NCBI GenBank assembly: GCA_051888155.1
Contig: JBJFAY010000098.1
Location: forward strand, 1-63,612
DNA length: 63,612 nt
Reading direction: 5' to 3'
Source of the DNA: Alphaproteobacteria bacterium
GTDB lineage: Bacteria; Pseudomonadota; Alphaproteobacteria; CAAGCB01; CAG-977
In this document: positions 14,798 through 26,227 of the stretch, piece by piece
How the letters are laid out: each line of letters starts with the position of its first letter
Numbering within the stretch: position 1 is the stretch's first letter
Notes under the pieces: model-generated
Databases searched by the model: none
Seen by the model: the letters and a program-made list of their open reading frames with translations, nothing else
What the model was told of the DNA's origin: nothing
Program-made: the position numbers and the translations under genes

Positions 14798-17476
14798 CTA
14801 GGCGTTGCGTACAGCCGCCTGAGCCGCAGCCAGACGCGCGATAGGCACGCGGAACGGCGAGCAGGAAACGTACGTCAAACCGACGCGGTGGCAGAAATCA
14901 ATCGTTGCCGGATCGCCGCCGTGTTCGCCACAAATGCCCAGTTTGATGTTCGGGCGGGTCTTACGGCCTTTTTCAACAGCCATCTGAACCAGCTGGCCGA
15001 CGCCTTCTTCATCAATGGATTTGAACGGATCCTTGGCGAAAATGCCTTTGGCAACGTAATTCGGCAGGAAAGATCCTGCGTCGTCACGGCTCATACCCAA
15101 TGTCGTCTGCGTCAGGTCGTTCGTTCCGAAGCTGAAGAATTCGGCCGTTTCGGCGACTTTATCAGCTGTCAGAGCGGCACGCGGCATTTCAATCATGGTA
15201 CCAACCATATAATTGAACTTCACACCGGCCTTTTCCATGACTTCTTCCGCTTTCTTCACGATGATCGCTTTCATCATGTCGAGTTCTTTCTTCGTGTCGA
15301 TCAGCGGAACCATGACTTCGGGTTCAACCTGTTTGCCCAATTCCTTGGAAGCTTCGACGGCGGCTTCAAAAATAGCCTGCGCCTGCATTTCCGTAATTTC
15401 AGGATAGGTCAATCCCAGACGGCAGCCGCGCAGCCCCAGCATCGGGTTGGCTTCATGCAGCTGGTGGACGCGCGCCTGAACGGCTTCCAAAGAAATCCCC
15501 AGTTCTTTTGCGATTTCACGCTGTTCCGGTTCTTTCGTCGGCAGGAATTCGTGCAAAGGCGGATCCAACAGACGAATCGTAACGGGAAGACCTTCCAAAG
15601 CCAAGAACAATCCTTTGAAGTCTTCGCGCTGATACGGCAGCAGCTTCGCCAAAGCGGCGCGGCGTGCTTCTTCGTTTTCAGCCAGAATCATTTCACGCAT
15701 GTGCTTAATGCGCATCGGATCAAAGAACATGTGTTCCGTACGGCACAAGCCGATTCCTTCGGCGCCGAATTTACGGGCGACCTGCGCGTCATGCGGCGTA
15801 TCGGCGTTCGTGCGGACTTTCAGCTTGCGGACTTCATCGGCCCAGCCCATGAACACACCGAAATCGCCGGTCAGTTCGGCGTCTTTCAAAGCAACGGCGC
15901 CATTGATAACTTCACCGGTCGTGCCGTCCAGCGTAATAACGTCGCCTTCTTTGATTTCAACGCCTTTGATATTCATCTTCTTGGCCGCGTAATCGACTTT
16001 AACGTCGGAAGCGCCGCAGACAGCCGGCGTTCCCATACCGCGGGCGACAACGGCCGCGTGAGACGTCATACCGCCGCGCGCCGTCAAAATACCCTGAGAA
16101 GAGTGCATGCCGTGAATGTCTTCCGGAGACGTTTCAACACGAACCAGAACGACTTTCTTGCCTTCTTCGGCCCATTTTTCGGCGTCATCGGCCGAAAAAA
16201 CAACCTGACCGACGGCGGCGCCCGGAGAAGCGTTCAAAGCCTGCGTCAACAGACGGCCTTCTTTAATCGCGTCTTTCTTGGCTTTCGGATCCAAAGTCGG
16301 GTGCAGCAGATCGTCCAACTGCTTCGGTTCAACACGCATCAAAGCGGTTTTCTTGTCGATCAAGCCTTCGTTGACCATATCGACCGCCATTTTCACGGCG
16401 GCAGCGGCCGTACGTTTGCCGTTACGGGTCTGTAACATGTACAGTTTGCCGTTCTGAATGGTAAATTCCATATCCTGCATATCACGGTAATGCTTTTCCA
16501 GCGTTTCGCGGATATCGCACAACTGCTTATACAGTTCCGGCATTGCTTCTTCCATGCAAGGCAGATCGGAACCGCGTTCCTTTTTGCCTTCTTTGGAAAT
16601 CTGCTGCGGCGTGCGGATACCGGCCACGACGTCTTCACCCTGAGCCTTGATCAAAAATTCGCCGTAGAAAGCGTTTTTACCCGTGGACGGGTCGCGCGAG
16701 AAGCATACGCCCGTCGCGGAATCATCACCGGCATTACCGAATACCATTGTCTGAACGTTAACGGCCGTACCCCAGTCTTCGGGAATATCGTTCAATTTAC
16801 GATAATAAATAGCGCGGTCGACCATCCAACTCATAAACACGGCGCCGATACCGCCCCATAACTGTTCATTGGGATCCTGCGGAACGGGTTTGCCGAATTT
16901 TTCGCCGATTTTTTTGTATTCGGCAATCAGTTCTTTCAAATCGTCAACCATCATATCGGTATCGGATTTGTATCCTTTTTTGTCTTTCAAAGCTGTCAGG
17001 GCATGTTCAAAGTTTTCATGTTTTACACCCATCACAACGTCGGAATACATCTGAATGAAACGGCGGTAGGAGTCATAAGCGAAACGTTCGTCGCCGGACG
17101 CTTTGGCCAGACCTTTTACCGTTTCGTCCGTCAACCCCAGGTTCAGAACGGTGTCCATCATGCCCGGCATGGAAATACGAGCGCCGGAACGGACGGAAAA
17201 CAGCAGCGGATCATTCGGATCTGCAAACTTTTTGCCAACGATCGCTTCACAATGCGCGACGCCTTCTTTGACCTGTTCGGCCAGATCGGCGGGGAATGTT
17301 TTGCCGTTAGCGTAATAATATGTGCAGACTTCGGTGGAAATCGTGAAGCCGGGAGGAACGGGAATTCCGATCGAGCTCATTTCCGCCAGGTTAGCACCTT
17401 TGCCGCCCAACAAGTTTTTGTCGGAAGCTTTACCTTCGGCTTTTCCGTTGCCGAATTTATAAACCCATTTTGTCAT
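14798..17476 (-). CDS. ppdK: Pyruvate, phosphate dikinase
   Basis: 892 aa, collinear with PPDK (MTKWVY.FG...GGKGANLAEM, GGMTSHAAVVARG, CGEHGGDP). Confidence 0.95.
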   Translation of the reverse strand: MTKWVYKFGNGKAEGKASDKNLLGGKGANLAEMSSIGIPVPPGFTISTEVCTYYYANGKTFPADLAEQVKEGVAHCEAIVGKKFADPNDPLLFSVRSGARISMPGMMDTVLNLGLTDETVKGLAKASGDERFAYDSYRRFIQMYSDVVMGVKHENFEHALTALKDKKGYKSDTDMMVDDLKELIAEYKKIGEKFGKPVPQDPNEQLWGGIGAVFMSWMVDRAIYYRKLNDIPEDWGTAVNVQTMVFGNAGDDSATGVCFSRDPSTGKNAFYGEFLIKAQGEDVVAGIRTPQQISKEGKKERGSDLPCMEEAMPELYKQLCDIRETLEKHYRDMQDMEFTIQNGKLYMLQTRNGKRTAAAAVKMAVDMVNEGLIDKKTALMRVEPKQLDDLLHPTLDPKAKKDAIKEGRLLTQALNASPGAAVGQVVFSADDAEKWAEEGKKVVLVRVETSPEDIHGMHSSQGILTARGGMTSHAAVVARGMGTPAVCGASDVKVDYAAKKMNIKGVEIKEGDVITLDGTTGEVINGAVALKDAELTGDFGVFMGWADEVRKLKVRTNADTPHDAQVARKFGAEGIGLCRTEHMFFDPMRIKHMREMILAENEEARRAALAKLLPYQREDFKGLFLALEGLPVTIRLLDPPLHEFLPTKEPEQREIAKELGISLEAVQARVHQLHEANPMLGLRGCRLGLTYPEITEMQAQAIFEAAVEASKELGKQVEPEVMVPLIDTKKELDMMKAIIVKKAEEVMEKAGVKFNYMVGTMIEMPRAALTADKVAETAEFFSFGTNDLTQTTLGMSRDDAGSFLPNYVAKGIFAKDPFKSIDEEGVGQLVQMAVEKGRKTRPNIKLGICGEHGGDPATIDFCHRVGLTYVSCSPFRVPIARLAAAQAAVRNA

Positions 17477-17493
17477 GGTGGTTAGATATCTCC

Positions 17494-19647
17494 TTACCCT
17501 TCAATTACAGAAAAATCAGCGACGCCGCCCATTGCGCGCACGATCATTGATAACATGCGCAGACGGTTGGCGCGACGCTGAACGTCGTCACAGTTTACCT
17601 GGACTTTTTCAAAAAACGCATCGACGGGGCCGCGCAGTTTTGCCAGCTCCTCCATTGCGCCTTCGAAATCGTCCGAAGCAATCTTCTTTGAACTGTTTAA
17701 CATAACTTGATCCAGCGCGTCAAACAATGCTCCTTCCTGATCGGCGCCGAACAATGCTTTGTCCGGCATTTGCGTATAAGAGCATTTATCTTTTCCTTCT
17801 TCGATCCGGACGATATTTGCTGCGCGGCGGTATGCCGTCAGCAGATTTTCCCCGTCTTCGGTTGAAAGAAATTTCGTCAAAGCGCGGACGCGCGCGATAA
17901 CACGGCACAGATCAATCAATTCAACATTATTTCCCTGTGCCAAACCGTAAACAGCCGAAATATAGTCATGGCGCACGCCTTTATCTTTCATCTCGACTTT
18001 CAGCCGTTCGGCAATAAAGCCCATTAATGAAATCATCTGGCGTACGGACCAGTTAATTAAAACGGTCGGTTCTCCGTTTTCATTTCTTTTTTCAGATTCC
18101 GTCATTGCTTCGGCAACGGCGGCCTGCGCCGAATCGCCGTAAACGGCGCGGGAAGCGTTTAATATCTGAAAAATCGGCATATTGATTTTGTTTTCTAAAA
18201 TCAGCCGGACGATCCCCAGCGCGGCGCGACGCAGCGCGAAAGGATCTTTTGACCCCGTCGGTTTCTGATCAATCAGCCAGAACCCGACCAAAGTATCGAC
18301 TTTATCCGCCAAAGCGACGGCAATACTGACCGGCGCGGACGGACAAGCGTCCTTCGGCCCCAGCGGAGAATAATGCTCGGCAACCGCATTGGCGACCGCG
18401 TCGTTTTCCCCGTCAAAACGCGCATAATACCGCCCCATAATTCCCTGCAGTTCGGGAAATTCCCCGACCATGCCGGTGGACAAATCGGCTTTGCACAGCA
18501 AGGCCGCGCGATCGGCGTCGGCGGCGTCCGCCCCCGGAATGTACTTCAGCAATTCAGGCAGCAGCCGGCGCATACGTTCGATTTTATCGGCGACAGAACC
18601 CAGCTTGGCGTGAAAAACGCGCGCCTGCAGTTTTTCAACCTTTGAAGCCAGCGTCGTTTTGCGGTCTTCGTCCCAGAAAAACCGCGCGTCTGACAAACGG
18701 GCGCGCAGAACGCGTTCGTTGCCGGCAATGATTTCTCTGCCGTCATCGGCCGTTTTCATATTGGCGACGACAATAAACCGCGGCGCCATTTTGCCGTTTT
18801 CGTCCGTCATGCAGAAATATTTCTGATTTGTCCGCATGGACGTAATCAATACTTCTTGCGGAACGGACATGAATTCATCGTCAATTTTTCCCATTAAAGG
18901 CACGGGATATTCCGCCAGCCCGGCGACTTCGTTGAGCAGCCCTTCGTCTTCCAACAGTTTATATCCGGCGCTTTCAGCCAAAGCGTGCGCCCGTTCGGAA
19001 ATAATTTTTTTGCGTTCTTCGGGATCAATCAGAACAAAAGCGTCGCGGATTTTTTTCTGATAATCCGCGAAATTCTTTACTTCAAACGCCGCCGGAGCCA
19101 AAAAACGATGCCCGCAGGTTTTATTGTCCGATTTTACGCCGGCGAATTCTACCGGAACGACCGCCCCGTCGAACAGACACACGATCGCATGCAAAGGGCG
19201 CACCCAATGTTCCCGATGTTCCGCCCAGCGCATGGATTTCGGCCAGGGAAAAGTCGTCAGCAGAGCCGTTACCGTTTCCTGCAAAACTTCGGCGGTCGGA
19301 CGGCCTTTGCGCGACAGGGAAACGAAATAAAACGTTCCTTTCGGCGTTTCGCGGACTTCCAGCTGATCTTTGGTCATATTGACGGAACGCAGAAAACCGT
19401 TCAAAGCCTGTTCCGGCGCTGAAACGGCCGGGCCTTTTTTTTCTTCAACCAGATCGGCCTGCGCGGCGGGCAGCCCTTTGACGCACAGCCCCAGACGGCG
19501 GCTGGCGACGAAAGAAACGGCTTCGTCAAATTTCAGTTCGCTTTTGCTCAAAGCTTCCGTAACGAACTTCCGAATATGCTCCGCGGCGTCCGCCTGCATG
19601 CGGGCGGGGATTTCTTCTGAGAATAATTCAAGGAAAAATTCGCTCAT
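17494..19647 (-). CDS. glyS: Glycine--tRNA ligase beta subunit
   Basis: 717 aa starting MSEFFLELFSEEIPARMQ, directly downstream of glyQ. Confidence 0.9.
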   Translation of the reverse strand: MSEFFLELFSEEIPARMQADAAEHIRKFVTEALSKSELKFDEAVSFVASRRLGLCVKGLPAAQADLVEEKKGPAVSAPEQALNGFLRSVNMTKDQLEVRETPKGTFYFVSLSRKGRPTAEVLQETVTALLTTFPWPKSMRWAEHREHWVRPLHAIVCLFDGAVVPVEFAGVKSDNKTCGHRFLAPAAFEVKNFADYQKKIRDAFVLIDPEERKKIISERAHALAESAGYKLLEDEGLLNEVAGLAEYPVPLMGKIDDEFMSVPQEVLITSMRTNQKYFCMTDENGKMAPRFIVVANMKTADDGREIIAGNERVLRARLSDARFFWDEDRKTTLASKVEKLQARVFHAKLGSVADKIERMRRLLPELLKYIPGADAADADRAALLCKADLSTGMVGEFPELQGIMGRYYARFDGENDAVANAVAEHYSPLGPKDACPSAPVSIAVALADKVDTLVGFWLIDQKPTGSKDPFALRRAALGIVRLILENKINMPIFQILNASRAVYGDSAQAAVAEAMTESEKRNENGEPTVLINWSVRQMISLMGFIAERLKVEMKDKGVRHDYISAVYGLAQGNNVELIDLCRVIARVRALTKFLSTEDGENLLTAYRRAANIVRIEEGKDKCSYTQMPDKALFGADQEGALFDALDQVMLNSSKKIASDDFEGAMEELAKLRGPVDAFFEKVQVNCDDVQRRANRLRMLSMIVRAMGGVADFSVIEG

Positions 19648-19650
19648 GGC

Positions 19651-20538
19651 TTATCCCTCCGCCTTTAAATGCCCGCGGCTTTTCAGCCAACCTTCGCAGC
19701 ACCCTTTGGCCAAAGCGCGCACACGCCCGATATAAGCGGCGCGCTCGGTTACGCTGATCACGCCTCTGGCGTCCAGCAGGTTAAACAGGTGCGAAGCCTT
19801 GATGCACTGATCGTATGCCGGCAGAGGAATCTCCGCCTTTAACAAAGCCTGACATTCTTTTTCCGCGTCCTTAAAGTGCTGTAAAAGCAAGGACGTATCG
19901 GCGCATTCAAAATTGTATTTGGAATATTCGACTTCGTTTTGATGAAACACGTCGCCGTAAGTCACCCCTTCGCCGTTAAAATCCAGATCATAAACGTTTT
20001 CAACGCCTTGAATATACATTGCCAGCCGTTCCAGCCCATAGGTCAGTTCGGCGCAGACCGGAGAACATTCGAAGCCGCCGACCTGCTGGAAATAAGTGAA
20101 CTGCGACACTTCCATGCCGTCGCACCAGACTTCCCAGCCCAGCCCCCAAGCGCCCAGCGTCGGGCTTTCCCAGTCGTCTTCGACAAAGCGGATATCATGA
20201 TGCGCCGGATCAATACCCAATACTTTCAGACTGTCCAGATACAGCTCCTGCACATTTTCCGGCGAAGGTTTCAGAATCGCCTGATACTGATAATAATGCT
20301 GTAAACGGTTAGGATTTTCGCCGTAACGGCCGTCAACGGGGCGCCGGGACGGCTGGACATACGCCGCTTTCCAATGTTCCGGCCCCAAAGCGCGCAAAAT
20401 CGTCGCGGGGTGAAACGTGCCGGCGCCGACCTCCATGTCATAAGGCTGCAGAATAACGCACCCTTTTTGCGCCCAATAGGCATGCAGTTTAAGGATCAGT
20501 GACTGGAAATCGCTTCCTGTTTTATTAACCATTGTCAA
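19651..20538 (-). CDS. glyQ: Glycine--tRNA ligase alpha subunit
   Basis: [36 protein letters not shown]... is highly conserved GlyQ sequence. Confidence 0.95.
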   Translation of the reverse strand: MTMVNKTGSDFQSLILKLHAYWAQKGCVILQPYDMEVGAGTFHPATILRALGPEHWKAAYVQPSRRPVDGRYGENPNRLQHYYQYQAILKPSPENVQELYLDSLKVLGIDPAHHDIRFVEDDWESPTLGAWGLGWEVWCDGMEVSQFTYFQQVGGFECSPVCAELTYGLERLAMYIQGVENVYDLDFNGEGVTYGDVFHQNEVEYSKYNFECADTSLLLQHFKDAEKECQALLKAEIPLPAYDQCIKASHLFNLLDARGVISVTERAAYIGRVRALAKGCCEGWLKSRGHLKAEG

Positions 20539-20700
20539 CTCGAGTTAAAGTTATTAAACGTTTTAAAACTTTGCGAAAAAAATACTTCCGAATACCGCAC
20601 AGGTCAAGGAAAATTCTTATCCGGAAAAGATAAAGTTGATAAAAGCCGCTCCGGCTTGTAATAATGGGGACAGGAATATCTTGGGATAAAGGAAAAAGCA

Positions 20701-21600
20701 ATGAAAATCAGCGTGGTCATTCCCGTTTACAACGCGGTGCAAGACGTTCAAAAATGTCTGGAAAGCGTCAAAGAAAACTTTGATTTTTCCGATGGCGAAG
20801 TCCTTATCGTCGATGATTGTTCACAAGACGAAACCGCTGATTATTTAAAAAAAGAAGCCGCCGCCAATCCCGACAAATTCACGCTGATGCGCAACGGCGA
20901 AAACAGCGGGTTTCCGAAAACCTGCAACAACGGCATAGCCAAAGCGCAAGGGGAAATCGTCGTTTTGCTGAACAGCGACACAATGATCCCCGCCGGCTTT
21001 AACGCTAAAATCGCCGCCTGTTTCGATTCCGATCCGCTGATCGCGATCGCATCGCCGATTGCGTCTTACAGCGGTTCCTATTTTATCCCTTTGCGCGACG
21101 GGGAAACGGTCGCGTCAATGAATGAAAAGATTGAACGATTACACGTTCCGACATATCCGACTATTCCGACGGCCGAAGGGTTCTGCCTTTGCCTGCGCAA
21201 ATCAGCGCTGGATAAATTCGGCGCTTTGGACGAGATCTACGGCAAAGGGTTCAACGAAGAACGCGACCTGTCGTTCCGTATGTCGTCGAAAGGCCTGCGC
21301 TGCGCTTTAATCGATAATTTATACGTTTATCACAAACGCCACGCATCGTTCGGCAGCGCGGCGCGCAAACAACAACTGGAAAGGAATGATAAAATTTTCA
21401 AAGACCGCTGGGGCGATCTGGTTAAACAGGAAAAAGATTTTACAAAGCACCGCAACCCGATTGACGCGCTGCGCCGCCAAATCCAGCCGAAATATTTTAA
21501 AAAAGGTTTATTTTATTCCAAATCCGTCCTGCCCGACAAAACGGTTTGGCGTATATTCGGCGTTAAAATCATGAAAAAGCACACGGGGAGGGGGCAATAA
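20701..21600 (+). CDS. Family 2 glycosyltransferase
   Basis: ISVVIPVYN...VDDCSQD...LNSD (DxD-type GT-A motifs). Confidence 0.8.
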   Translation: MKISVVIPVYNAVQDVQKCLESVKENFDFSDGEVLIVDDCSQDETADYLKKEAAANPDKFTLMRNGENSGFPKTCNNGIAKAQGEIVVLLNSDTMIPAGFNAKIAACFDSDPLIAIASPIASYSGSYFIPLRDGETVASMNEKIERLHVPTYPTIPTAEGFCLCLRKSALDKFGALDEIYGKGFNEERDLSFRMSSKGLRCALIDNLYVYHKRHASFGSAARKQQLERNDKIFKDRWGDLVKQEKDFTKHRNPIDALRRQIQPKYFKKGLFYSKSVLPDKTVWRIFGVKIMKKHTGRGQ

Positions 21601-21728
21601 CCCTTTTTGGAGCAACTTTTACGTTCAAAACTTTTCCTTTTATCGCAAAAGTTTGTTGTCCGCCTGAAAATTTTTCCGGTCTACCCGCCGCCTTTTATGA
21701 AATATCCGCTGTCTTACCGGATATTGAG

Positions 21729-23232
21729 TTGGTTTCGTTTGACATTTTCGATACGGCCGTCGTACGGCTGCTGCCCCGTCCGAAAGATTTGTTCAAAATT
21801 ATTGAAAAACAATATGCCCTTCCGTCGTTTTATAAAAACAGACGCCTTGCAGCCCGCTTGGTTCGCGCAGAAAATAAAGCAAAAGGGATTTTAGAAATCA
21901 CATTGGACGAGATTTACGACCGGCTGCGCGCAATCGACTCTTCAATCACTCTGAAAGCCGAGGAACTAAAACAAGCGGAAATCAATTTGGAACTTCGTTT
22001 GTGCCGCCGAAATAACGAAATCGGCGCATTATTTGATTATCTGAAAAAAAAACGGTAAAAAAATCTGTTTTACTTCAGATATGTATCTGCCCGGAAACGT
22101 CGTTGAACAAATATTAAAAAAATGCGGTTATGAAAAATACGATTTTCTTTATTTATCAAGCCAAGATAGACTGACAAAAAAAGACGGCGGACGGTTTTTA
22201 AATTGTTCGGCTCCCGAACGGATCTTGCATATCGGCGATAATGAAGACGCTGATTTTTTTACCCCTCTACGATCGGGATTAAACGCATTTTTGTATAAAC
22301 GTTCTTTTCATTGTTTTTTATCCGGCCGTTTAATGAAAAAAAACAAAAAAAATCTTTATCTGGATTTTGCCGGCTGTCTGGCAAAACAAAAAGACTTCCC
22401 GTCCTACTGGTTTTCAATCGGTTATCAATATGTCGATCCGTTACTGAGCTGTTTTTGCACTTGGTTAAAAAAAGAAACGGCGGATTTCGTTTCAAATCCG
22501 CTTTGTTTTTTGGCACGGGACGGCATGATAATGCGTCATGTTTATGAAACGATGTTTCCCAAAGAGACGACGACTTATCTTTATTGTTCGCGCGCTTTGA
22601 CGTCAAACACGGACTGCCGTGAAACATACGTTGATTATTTAAAGCAGACGCTTCCGCCCTGTTTTTGCGTCATTGACGTCGGACGAAAAGGAACAATTCA
22701 AGATAATTTAAAACGCCTGCTGCCTGAAACAAAAATTAACGGATATTATGTCGATTTGCGTATTTCCTCTTCGGACAAATCCGGTTTTTACACAAACGGC
22801 GACAAAAATCACCGCCGTTTTCTGGATTTTTTAGACTTTTTGTTCATGGCTCCCGCTTCCCTGTGTATCGGCATTGAAAAAAAAGACGGTCTTTTCGCGC
22901 CTGTTTACCTGCCGATTGACGCAGATGAAAGAAAACGCCATGAAATCGCTGACGAAATTCACAGCGGTACGCTTGCTTTTATCCGCGACGCAGCGGCTTT
23001 CACGGATATTCTCTCGGCTGACAGTTCTGCGGAAAACGTATTGAACATATTAGAAATTTTGCTGCGTTTCCCAAAGCAGGAACAAAAGTATTTGGAAAAC
23101 ATTAAAATTCCGTTCGGCATGAAAAACGAAAAAAGCCGTTTTCTGCTTTCACCGCGGTTAAACATAAAATGCTTGTATCACCCCGTATCGTTTTTTAACA
23201 TTTGGCGCAAAAGCACGATCAAAAGATTTTAA
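21729..23232 (+). pseudogene. HAD-superfamily (COG5610-like) hydrolase gene split into two ORFs by a frame break in an A9 tract (22044-22052)
   Basis: ORF1 carries the HAD motif I (SFDIFDT). Removing one A gives ...DYLKKNGKKICFTSDMYLPG... and continues into ORF2 (HIGDNEDADF, motifs III/IV). ORF2 has no ribosome-binding site. Confidence 0.65.
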
Positions 23233-23257
23233 ACGGCCGCGCCATATTTGCTTAATG

Positions 23258-24106
23258 TTATTTTGCTCTGCCAGTGTGAAAAAACTTTTTGATTTTCAAA
23301 AACAAACGCTTTCGCCTGATTCGCGCCGCTTCCTGCTCTTCCTTTTCTTCGGCATACATGGACAGACGGCCTTTGGCTTCTTGCAGCAGATCGTTCGTTC
23401 TGGCCAGCATAAAACTGGTCGGCGTATCAACCCAGTCGCCGCGCCCTTTGCCGCACGGCGTTTTGGATTGCACCTTTTTAAACATATTGCCCAAAGCGGG
23501 AAACAGGCTTTTGCCCAAAAATCCCGTAACGGGCATTTTGACCGTTTCCAGAGTATAATCCGCGCGTTTTAAGGTATAAGAATTATTACATTTCGTTAAA
23601 ATATGCGCCAGACGGGAATGTACTTTAAAAACGTCTTTAGCGTCAGCCGCGTCCAGAGCTTCTTGAAAAACTTCGTCTTTTTCGATTTCCGCATCAAAAA
23701 AATCGGCCGGCGCAGACATTTCCGATAAAATAATATTCAAATCCAATCCGTCTTCTTCGGGATCAATGTCCAGATGTTCGTGCATAACGCCGCGCACAAC
23801 GGCGGACAACAGCGCGTCGAACAAAAACTCTTCATTCGTCCAGAGCTGTTCTTTTTCCCCCATTGTTATGGCTTTTTGATCCAGTACCTGATGAGCGCGG
23901 TATAATTCCAGCCATTTTTCGGGGTTATCCTTATCTTTCAACAATTCGGCCGCTTTTGTTTTTTCCAGCGCTTTTACGGCCTGCCGCAAAGCCTGACAGT
24001 CCTTTAAATTTTTTACGGCGTCAACCAAAGCGAACGTCTGCCAGCGTTCCAGAGCCTCCTTAATCTGTTTTTCATTTTCAAATGTGACGAACGAACCGTC
24101 CTGCAT
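23258..24106 (-). CDS. Hypothetical protein (acidic, helical)
   Basis: Long ORF with coding-like composition. I recognised no motif. Confidence 0.5.
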   Translation of the reverse strand: MQDGSFVTFENEKQIKEALERWQTFALVDAVKNLKDCQALRQAVKALEKTKAAELLKDKDNPEKWLELYRAHQVLDQKAITMGEKEQLWTNEEFLFDALLSAVVRGVMHEHLDIDPEEDGLDLNIILSEMSAPADFFDAEIEKDEVFQEALDAADAKDVFKVHSRLAHILTKCNNSYTLKRADYTLETVKMPVTGFLGKSLFPALGNMFKKVQSKTPCGKGRGDWVDTPTSFMLARTNDLLQEAKGRLSMYAEEKEEQEAARIRRKRLFLKIKKFFHTGRAK

Positions 24107-24236
24107 AAAGACCTCATCTATTTATTTTTTTTATTTTCTTTAAAAGCCGGGGAAAAGTCAATTCCCCACCGGTGAAAGAATTCTTTAAGCCTTTTATTTT
24201 ATACTGCCGTTAAATAAAAAAACAGGGAGAAAAACC

Positions 24237-24791
24237 ATGATACGCCTTTTTGCCGGTATTGAACTGCCCGAAGAAATCAAAGAACAGCTTTACGCTCTGC
24301 GCGGCGGTGTTCCGAACGCCAAATGGGTGGAAAAAGACAACCTGCACATCACGCTGCGCTTTATCGGCAATATTGACGAAGACGACGCCAATGATCTGCA
24401 CGACGGTTTTATGCAGCTCCGCGCGCCCGCTTTTGATTTGCAAATGGCGCAGGTGGGATTTTTCGCAAACGGTCTGCAAATGCGTCATCTGTGGGCCGGC
24501 GTCAGTAATTATCAGGCGCTGGATTTTCTGCATGATAAGCTGGAAAGCGTCGTTTCCCGCCACCGTCTGCCGCCCGATAAACATAAATTTCACGCCCACT
24601 GCACGCTGGCCAAACTTTACGGCGCCGGCGTCGAAGACGTGCATAAATTTTTAGAATACAATAATCTGTTCCGGTCGCCGGAATTCCATATCGACCACTT
24701 CACGCTGTTTTCCAGCCACCCGCGCACCGACGGCGACGGTTCTTATTACCGTGTCGAAGCGCAGTATCCTCTGTTCGGATATTGGCAGTAA
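24237..24791 (+). CDS. thpR: RNA 2',3'-cyclic phosphodiesterase (2H family, LigT/ThpR)
   Basis: Two HxT/S motifs (LHITLRF and HCTLAK) at the spacing expected for the 2H fold. Confidence 0.8.
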   Translation: MIRLFAGIELPEEIKEQLYALRGGVPNAKWVEKDNLHITLRFIGNIDEDDANDLHDGFMQLRAPAFDLQMAQVGFFANGLQMRHLWAGVSNYQALDFLHDKLESVVSRHRLPPDKHKFHAHCTLAKLYGAGVEDVHKFLEYNNLFRSPEFHIDHFTLFSSHPRTDGDGSYYRVEAQYPLFGYWQ

Positions 24792-24794
24792 CGG

Positions 24795-26021
24795 CTAAAT
24801 ATAATCGGAAATATACGGGCTTTCGTGCAAAATAACGTCATCTAACCGGCGGACCGCGTCTATATCGCCTTCAATGCGTTCGGCACGGAACAACTGCAAT
24901 GCCGTTTTATACCCCAGCAGCAGCGCCGTTAAAGTCGCAACGGACATACGGACATGGTAACGGGCGATATCATCTTTAACGATTTTGCATTTGCCTTTTT
25001 TAAATAAAACGGTCAGTTTGGTATTGTTCCAGTCCAAAAAAGAATCCGTCACTTCAATAGCGATACGTACTCCCTTTTCATTAGGGTTACAGTTGTATTT
25101 TTTTAAAAATTCCGCCACGTCGACAATGCGCCCCATAATATACGGCCGGATCGTTTCGCGGATATCGCCGTCATTCATATAAAAAGCGATCGGTTCGTTG
25201 AAATAAGTGTTGCCACGCACTTCGTCGATCATGGAATCATGCGCGCGGATATATTCCCACAGTCCTTTTTGCGCTTCCGTGTTCAAATAAATCATTTCCT
25301 TGATATGCATGACGTCGTCTTTAATCAGATACACCATGTATCCCAAAGGTTTTTCTTTCGCATCATAATAGACCGCGACGGCCGTATCGTCTTCGTCCCA
25401 GCGCCAATATTCCTCCCATGCCAGTTTGTCACGGTATAAACAGCCGTGCGTCTGTTTGGCAAAATGCGTATGCAAATCCATAAAATCTTCATTTTCCCAA
25501 TTTACGCGGCGCACAAATCCCGACACTTTAGCCTGTACGGGAATTTGACGGTCTTTGACCGTATAAGAAATCTTATTGGAAATAATTTCCCAGCCGAATT
25601 TACGGTACAGCGGAATGGAATAAGGATAAAGCAAAGCCAGCAGCTGCCCTTTTTCCCTCATTCGGATCAAGCTTTTGTGCATCAGGCCGGACATAATGCC
25701 CTTGCCTGAATATTCGGGATACGTGCAGACGCTGGTGATGAATCCGATCGGATAAGAAGAATCGTAAATATTCATTTTTAACGGATAAACGGCGAACTGG
25801 GAAACCAGTTCTTTACGGTCGAAGCACCCCAGAACGTCGGCGCGTTCCAATACGGGGAATTTAGACTGCTTGATTTCGTCGGCCCGCCAGCCCGTGCGCA
25901 TCAGTTCGTCTTCCGTTACTTGAAAAGAATACCGCAGAAGGGCGTTGTATTGATCCAGATCTTTTGTAGATAAATTTCTGATGGAAAATTTTGACTTTTT
26001 ATCTTTTTTTGAGTCGCTCAT
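24795..26021 (-). CDS. Eis-like GNAT acetyltransferase with a C-terminal SCP2-like domain
   Basis: About 400 aa with a GNAT core (YPEYSGKGIMSGLM) and the three-domain length typical of Eis-type enzymes. I chose the start at MSDSKK (26021). Confidence 0.65.
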   Translation of the reverse strand: MSDSKKDKKSKFSIRNLSTKDLDQYNALLRYSFQVTEDELMRTGWRADEIKQSKFPVLERADVLGCFDRKELVSQFAVYPLKMNIYDSSYPIGFITSVCTYPEYSGKGIMSGLMHKSLIRMREKGQLLALLYPYSIPLYRKFGWEIISNKISYTVKDRQIPVQAKVSGFVRRVNWENEDFMDLHTHFAKQTHGCLYRDKLAWEEYWRWDEDDTAVAVYYDAKEKPLGYMVYLIKDDVMHIKEMIYLNTEAQKGLWEYIRAHDSMIDEVRGNTYFNEPIAFYMNDGDIRETIRPYIMGRIVDVAEFLKKYNCNPNEKGVRIAIEVTDSFLDWNNTKLTVLFKKGKCKIVKDDIARYHVRMSVATLTALLLGYKTALQLFRAERIEGDIDAVRRLDDVILHESPYISDYI

Positions 26022-26227
26022 GCGATATTCCTTTGAAGATTTTTCAATCCGTATAAAATTTCCGGCAGGCAAAACGTTCCGCGGCTCTGACGACGCAGAA
26101 TCAGATTTTCAATAATGCGGAAATATTTTCATACGAACGTTTTACCTTTATTCCTCTAAAGGATAGTATGAAATACTCGGGCTTGTCAACTCGAAGGGCG
26201 CAGAACCTGTTCGGCAAACAGAAAGAT

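Noticed and set aside
14795-16435. 546-codon ORF on the plus strand
   Set aside because: It lies entirely antisense to ppdK, whose product is unmistakable. Its translation is low-complexity R/F/Q/N-rich with no motifs, so it is a shadow ORF caused by the codon bias of the opposite strand.
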